A stretch of 64,000 nucleotides of DNA from Chrysomallon squamiferum (lineage: Eukaryota; Animalia; Mollusca), in contig CM022678.1 in the NCBI GenBank assembly GCA_012295275.1, positions 10,664,001 to 10,728,000 of the forward strand, in the 5' to 3' direction. Shown piece by piece: positions 60,511 to 64,000 of the stretch. The translations under genes and the position numbers were made by a program. The notes under the pieces are model-generated. The model did not search any database. It was not told the DNA's origin and was given only the letters and a program-made list of their open reading frames with translations. How positions within the stretch are numbered: the stretch's first letter is position 1; each line of letters begins with the position of its first letter.

Positions 60511-63033
60511 CTTACTACAAAACTAATCTAAATCACATTAATTAATACAATTATCATTAAAAGTTGTTTTCTCACATTAGCAGGTGAATTGTCTGCTGCT
60601 TCATCTCCAGGTCCAGCTTCAGGTTCATCAGCTTCCACAACCACTCAGGTCCATCAGCAGTCACATTCAGACTGCGAATCAAATCAGCAGACGCAGAAGC
60701 TAATCTCCCTGCAAAACAGAAATGGAACGATCCAAATTGATTTAAGTCACATGACAGAATGGATGCATTTGGTTGTTTTACTGGTGAAGAAGATTAAAAT
60801 CATTTTATATTTCTTTCTTTTTTTATTCTTAAAACAAAAACAAAAGAAAACTTATCATTAAATTAATTACTTATATAAATCAGTTATTAATAATTATGTA
60901 AATAAAAAAAGAGAAAAATTAAAGTATAGTGACTGAAAGAAAAACTCCAACATAAACAACAGAAATAAAAAAATAATAAAAAAAAAAAAAATAATAAAAA
61001 AAAAATAATAATAATAAAAAAAAATAAAAAAAATAAAAAAATAACAAAATAATTAAATAAAAAAGTGATATTAAATAACACAGCTGGTGAAGATGTAGAA
61101 CTATAAATTACATTTTGTTATTATGTAGCAATGATAAACACTAGATGTTAGTTTTACATAAATATAAGTATGTTTACATAAGCACTGGAAATGAATATTC
61201 ATTTTACAGTGTTAATTTCACATTGCTTTTTATTTTCATTGTCTTACAACGTGAAAGAAAGAAAGAAATTTGGAGAGAGAGAGAGAAAGAGAGAAAAAAC
61301 TGAGGACAGTGTTCCTGCAACCAACCAGCTGTCAATCACCTTCTGAAACCAATAATCCATGTGTGATTATCACTAATCCATTCTTTTGTAATCACTGATC
61401 CATCTTCTAAATACTGATCAGTATATTCTAACCGTTTATCAGTATGGGCTAACCACTAATCCAACATTTCAGAGACCAGCTTCCTTGATACTGTCAGTGC
61501 TTATTAGAAGGCCTTTTTTTGACAGTGTCTGTTTTACAGAGGTTGTACTATATTGGAAAAATTTCAGATACTATAATTTGGACTAATAACAACTGGATTG
61601 CTAATACAGTGACTGCTGTAGCAGATTTAATTGTGTAGTAAATGAACAAAGTAGTGACTAGATATAAAAAAGTAGTCAGTGAATAGAAGCAAATAAGATA
61701 AAATTGAAAAACACGCTAAATATTTAAAAGTGAAACATTTAAAAATAAATGAACAATATAGGAAATTGTATGTGTGTGTGTTCTGTGTGTGTATGTGTGT
61801 GTATGTGTGTATTTGTGTTGTGTGTATATATGTGTGTGTATGGGTTTGTGTGTATGGGTGTATATTTGACAACACTCACACTGGCTATCTGAGAACATCA
61901 GTTGAGGAGGACTTTAGATCCAATGTGGTCTTTGTTTTTTCTCACGAGAACACAGCTAAGTGACATCAGCTGGGTGATCAACATCATCTGTGACACAACA
62001 AGGAGGCTTCACTGACACCATCACCCATGTCTCCTCCAACAGCTCCTTGATCTGGTTAGGAGCCCCATCCTATAACTCTTTAATAGCTTCTTGACATTTT
62101 CTCCTTCTGGTATCAGTATCCTTGGTTAATAATAATAATAGTAATAACAACAACAACAACAACAACAATATAATAGTAATTATAATAATAATAACAATAA
62201 TAATGACAGTAACAATAGTAATAATAATAATAGTATAATAATAAAAGTGAAAGTAATTCTAATAACAATAATAATAATAGTAGTAATAATAGTAACAATA
62301 CTAGTAGCAGTAGTAGCAACAGTAATGATATCAAAGGTAATAATATAAGTAGTAGTTATGATAGTAGTTTAAGGTATAGTAGTATTTTTAGTAGTAACAT
62401 TATAATTTTGCTTTAACATCTATCAGCTTTTTGTTGGAGATAGATAAAGATATGTAATTTTATTCTCACCTTATATACCGTTCCAAATACTTCGGAGCCA
62501 ACAATTCCTCCTTGTTTCAGTTCAGATTCTTTTATCAGTTTAAGCTGGGTGGGGTCAGGTTTAACTGTCAGGGGCTGAAATAAAAACATTTATTTATAGA
62601 TGTGTGTGTGTCTTTACCATCCTGCGTCCTGCATTTGTATCAGATTAAGAACCACTGGCTAACATTATGTTTATAATTTTGTACATAAAAAAAATCATTT
62701 GAATGTGACATTACTGAAGGACAAATGTTTTGGTAAATATACAATATAAACATATTACATAAAAAAGTTACTGTACACAGAAATGTGAATAAAATATCTA
62801 TCATGTATATATCTGTCTATAAAACAGGTAAGTGTGTGTGTATCAACAGATCAGTCTGATAAAAGAAACTCACTCAGTTTCTTCATGACCAGACATCTTA
62901 GCTCTGATTGCCTCAGTCTTCCTCTTCACCTTTGCTCTCTTGGGTCAGTGATATCGAAATTCAGCCACAATACACCCAATCAGAAACAATCCCCTATAAC
63001 TGAGTTTATTACAGTTTTCTTCTTTTCATCACA
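60511..63033 (-). pseudogene. EGFR: EGFR fragment, copy B: TM exon ~63033-62873, G-loop exon ~62574-62470, kinase N-lobe exon 62121-61880, partly deleted C-tail exon ~60709-60511
   Basis: The extra exon reads, across frameshifts, GY*.PEGENVK..AIKEL*..KELLEETWVMVSV..QMMLITQLMSLSCVL.VRKNKDHIGSKVLLN*CSQIAS. This matches EGFR GLWIPEGEKVKIPVAIKEL...[37 protein letters not shown]. Confidence 0.9.
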
Positions 63034-64000
63034 GTGAAAATAAAACAACACATTCAGAAAATCTGAAACTATGTAAAATGAAAATAATAACAATAACAAT
63101 AATAATAAAAACAAAAACAATAACAATAACAATAATAATAAAAATAATATAACAATAACAATAAAATTAAAATAATTCGTCATGTAAAAGCTGGTAACAT
63201 ATTTTCTAAACCCCAGAGCTCCACAGCTGTTTATGAGAAGGTTCACATAAAATAGCCCTTCCTGCTGATCAGTAAAAACAGACCATGTGTCAGATGGTTT
63301 CTACTCTCTCTTATCAGCATCATACCACAATCCCAGGCTTAATATTTAATACTTCAGTCTTCTCAGTGAATCACTCATTTCACTCACTGAGCAATTTGAC
63401 ATTCAACACTGAATTAACTTGTTAATTAACTATGTTTTCTGTTAATATTTTAATTATGACTGCTGTTGAGTTAAATCCTATGTTAACAAATACCCAGTTC
63501 GATTTATAATTATCTTAGTTAATAACGTAATGGGAATATAAATATCTCAGTTAATTAGTTTTCTTGTTACTCAAGTTAATTAACTCAGTTAATAAGGTTA
63601 ATCATGTTATTTAGTTAACTGACTAAGATAATAAATTAGTTGTTTCAGTTGTAAAAGTTAATTAACTCAGTTAATAAGGGCCCACACATTTAAACATCTT
63701 GGATGTTTTATTAAGGCTCAGTCTTGGGTAACAAGGTGCTTTAATGGCCACCTAACAGGGAAGATAAACACTAAATTGACAGCATTCTATATAAATCAGT
63801 ACGTAAATGTATCCACTAGACAAATAAACAGAACACAAGTTGAGGTACAAGTTAATTATTTAATTATGATATACAGGTGACTTGATAATAATACGTTATA
63901 CAATCCTAAAACATATGTTTATGTAATTTAGATTAATGATACGAGAAAGGTCATATGGGGAACCAAGACAAAATAAGAATCTGCACGGAGAACACAGTAA

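Larger units (their letters stand above)
57172..64000 (+). repeat. Segmental duplication, copy B of 11551-16415; runs off the window
   Basis: Colinear with copy A, with extra blocks at ~57295-57460, ~59530-59846, ~59908-60150 and ~60970-62436. Confidence 0.95.

Overview
AT-rich, microsatellite-rich animal genomic DNA with spliceosomal introns, probably an invertebrate and possibly a mollusc (an inference). I find no intact gene. 1-6347 is a hierarchical satellite: 40/42-bp subrepeats sit inside ~0.8-0.9-kb monomers, which form a ~2.4-kb trimer. It ends at a decayed Ty3/Gypsy (Mag-like) LTR retrotransposon (6348-11050). From ~14 to ~49 kb lies a mosaic of decayed, intron-containing fragments of unrelated genes. 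On the minus strand these are EGFR, an RI-type LRR gene, MCC, a Sola-like transposase, unassigned exons and CAMSAP/Patronin; on the plus strand there is a calcium-binding-EGF repeat gene. They are interleaved with TE relics (a second Gypsy 3' end, a foldback element, a LINE RT). After a 200-N gap, 57172-64000 is a diverged second copy of 11551-16415, in which the EGFR fragment has decayed differently. All protein assignments come from manual translation and recalled family motifs, not database searches.
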